From assembly GCF_000143415.4 (NCBI RefSeq), contig NW_003314353.1, positions 376,275-440,274 of the forward strand: a DNA stretch of 64,000 nt, written 5' to 3'. Below are positions 63,542 through 64,000 of this stretch, in pieces. A program made the position numbers and the translations under genes. The stretch is from Selaginella moellendorffii. Its lineage: Eukaryota > Plantae > Lycopodiophyta. Each line of letters starts with the position of its first letter. Position 1 is the stretch's first letter. The notes under the pieces are model-generated. The model had not been told where the DNA came from. It was given only the letters and a program-made list of their open reading frames with translations, and searched no databases.

Positions 63542-64000
63542 TGATCTAATGCCATAAAGAGGGTACCCCAAAAGCCATGCACTTCCATCTCAAGAATTCA
63601 CAACATTCTATGGTTGCATTGCATAGAGAACCAATTTGCTTTAGTGATATCCCAAGCCTCCTCCAGAACTCCTTAAGGCCTCCTAAACTTGCTATAACAC
63701 AGATAGAGTGCTCCCATCTTGCATTTGACATGGCATTTTGAACATCAGTGGAAATCTTAGCTCAGTACCAGGCCTATAAAAGAGTGATGATACCACTCAC
63801 AAGCTTGAGAAAAAAGTGTCGTCAAAGTTGGTACAAAAGTTGCATAGACTCTTTTAACGACGAAGAAGATTACAAATTCAAAGTCAAGAAGAAATATAAG
63901 AATCAAGAACTCACCAAAATACTCAAGAAAGTTACAATCAAGAATGAACTTAAAGGAGTATGGTGTATGAAATGCAAGAACACAGGATATATTACCACAA

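Noticed and set aside
63900-64000. Possible gag zinc knuckle (VWCMKCKNTGYITT) at the window edge
   Set aside because: Too short and degenerate to call without the downstream sequence.

Overview
Repeat-dense eukaryotic nuclear DNA with no intact host gene. It is probably from a non-seed vascular plant (inferred from a Cassandra-type 5S LTR, a Tcn1/sushi-like chromovirus, TTTAGGG repeats and plant LSU rRNA). The main feature is a large cargo-carrying cut-and-paste DNA transposon, present twice. One copy has both ends (47827-57742; 24-bp TIRs; 4-bp GTCT target duplication, supported by a paralogous empty site in the window). The other (<1-11011) runs off the left edge. The element encodes a Sola-like DDD transposase on +. 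On - it encodes, divergently, a ParB/Srx-fold protein with a possible methyltransferase-like tail (copy 1) and a multi-exon acidic protein ending in an FCP1/SCP-type HAD phosphatase domain (copy 2). Each copy carries roughly 15-20 copies of a 22-bp palindrome, ATGGCRTG-N6-CAYGCCAT, mostly in introns and UTRs; I did not see it outside the element. This suggests a self-encoded protein/operator pair (parS-like or VANC-like), which is inference. The rest is nested LTR retroelements: two non-coding LTR families, solo LTRs, a chromovirus with a PEG10-type -1 frameshift signal, degenerate gypsy pol remnants, a Cassandra-like LTR and a TRIM. There is also a split LSU rRNA pseudogene fragment, a DnaJ-ferredoxin gene fragment and a 100-N assembly gap. 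All domain calls are by eye, without database searches.
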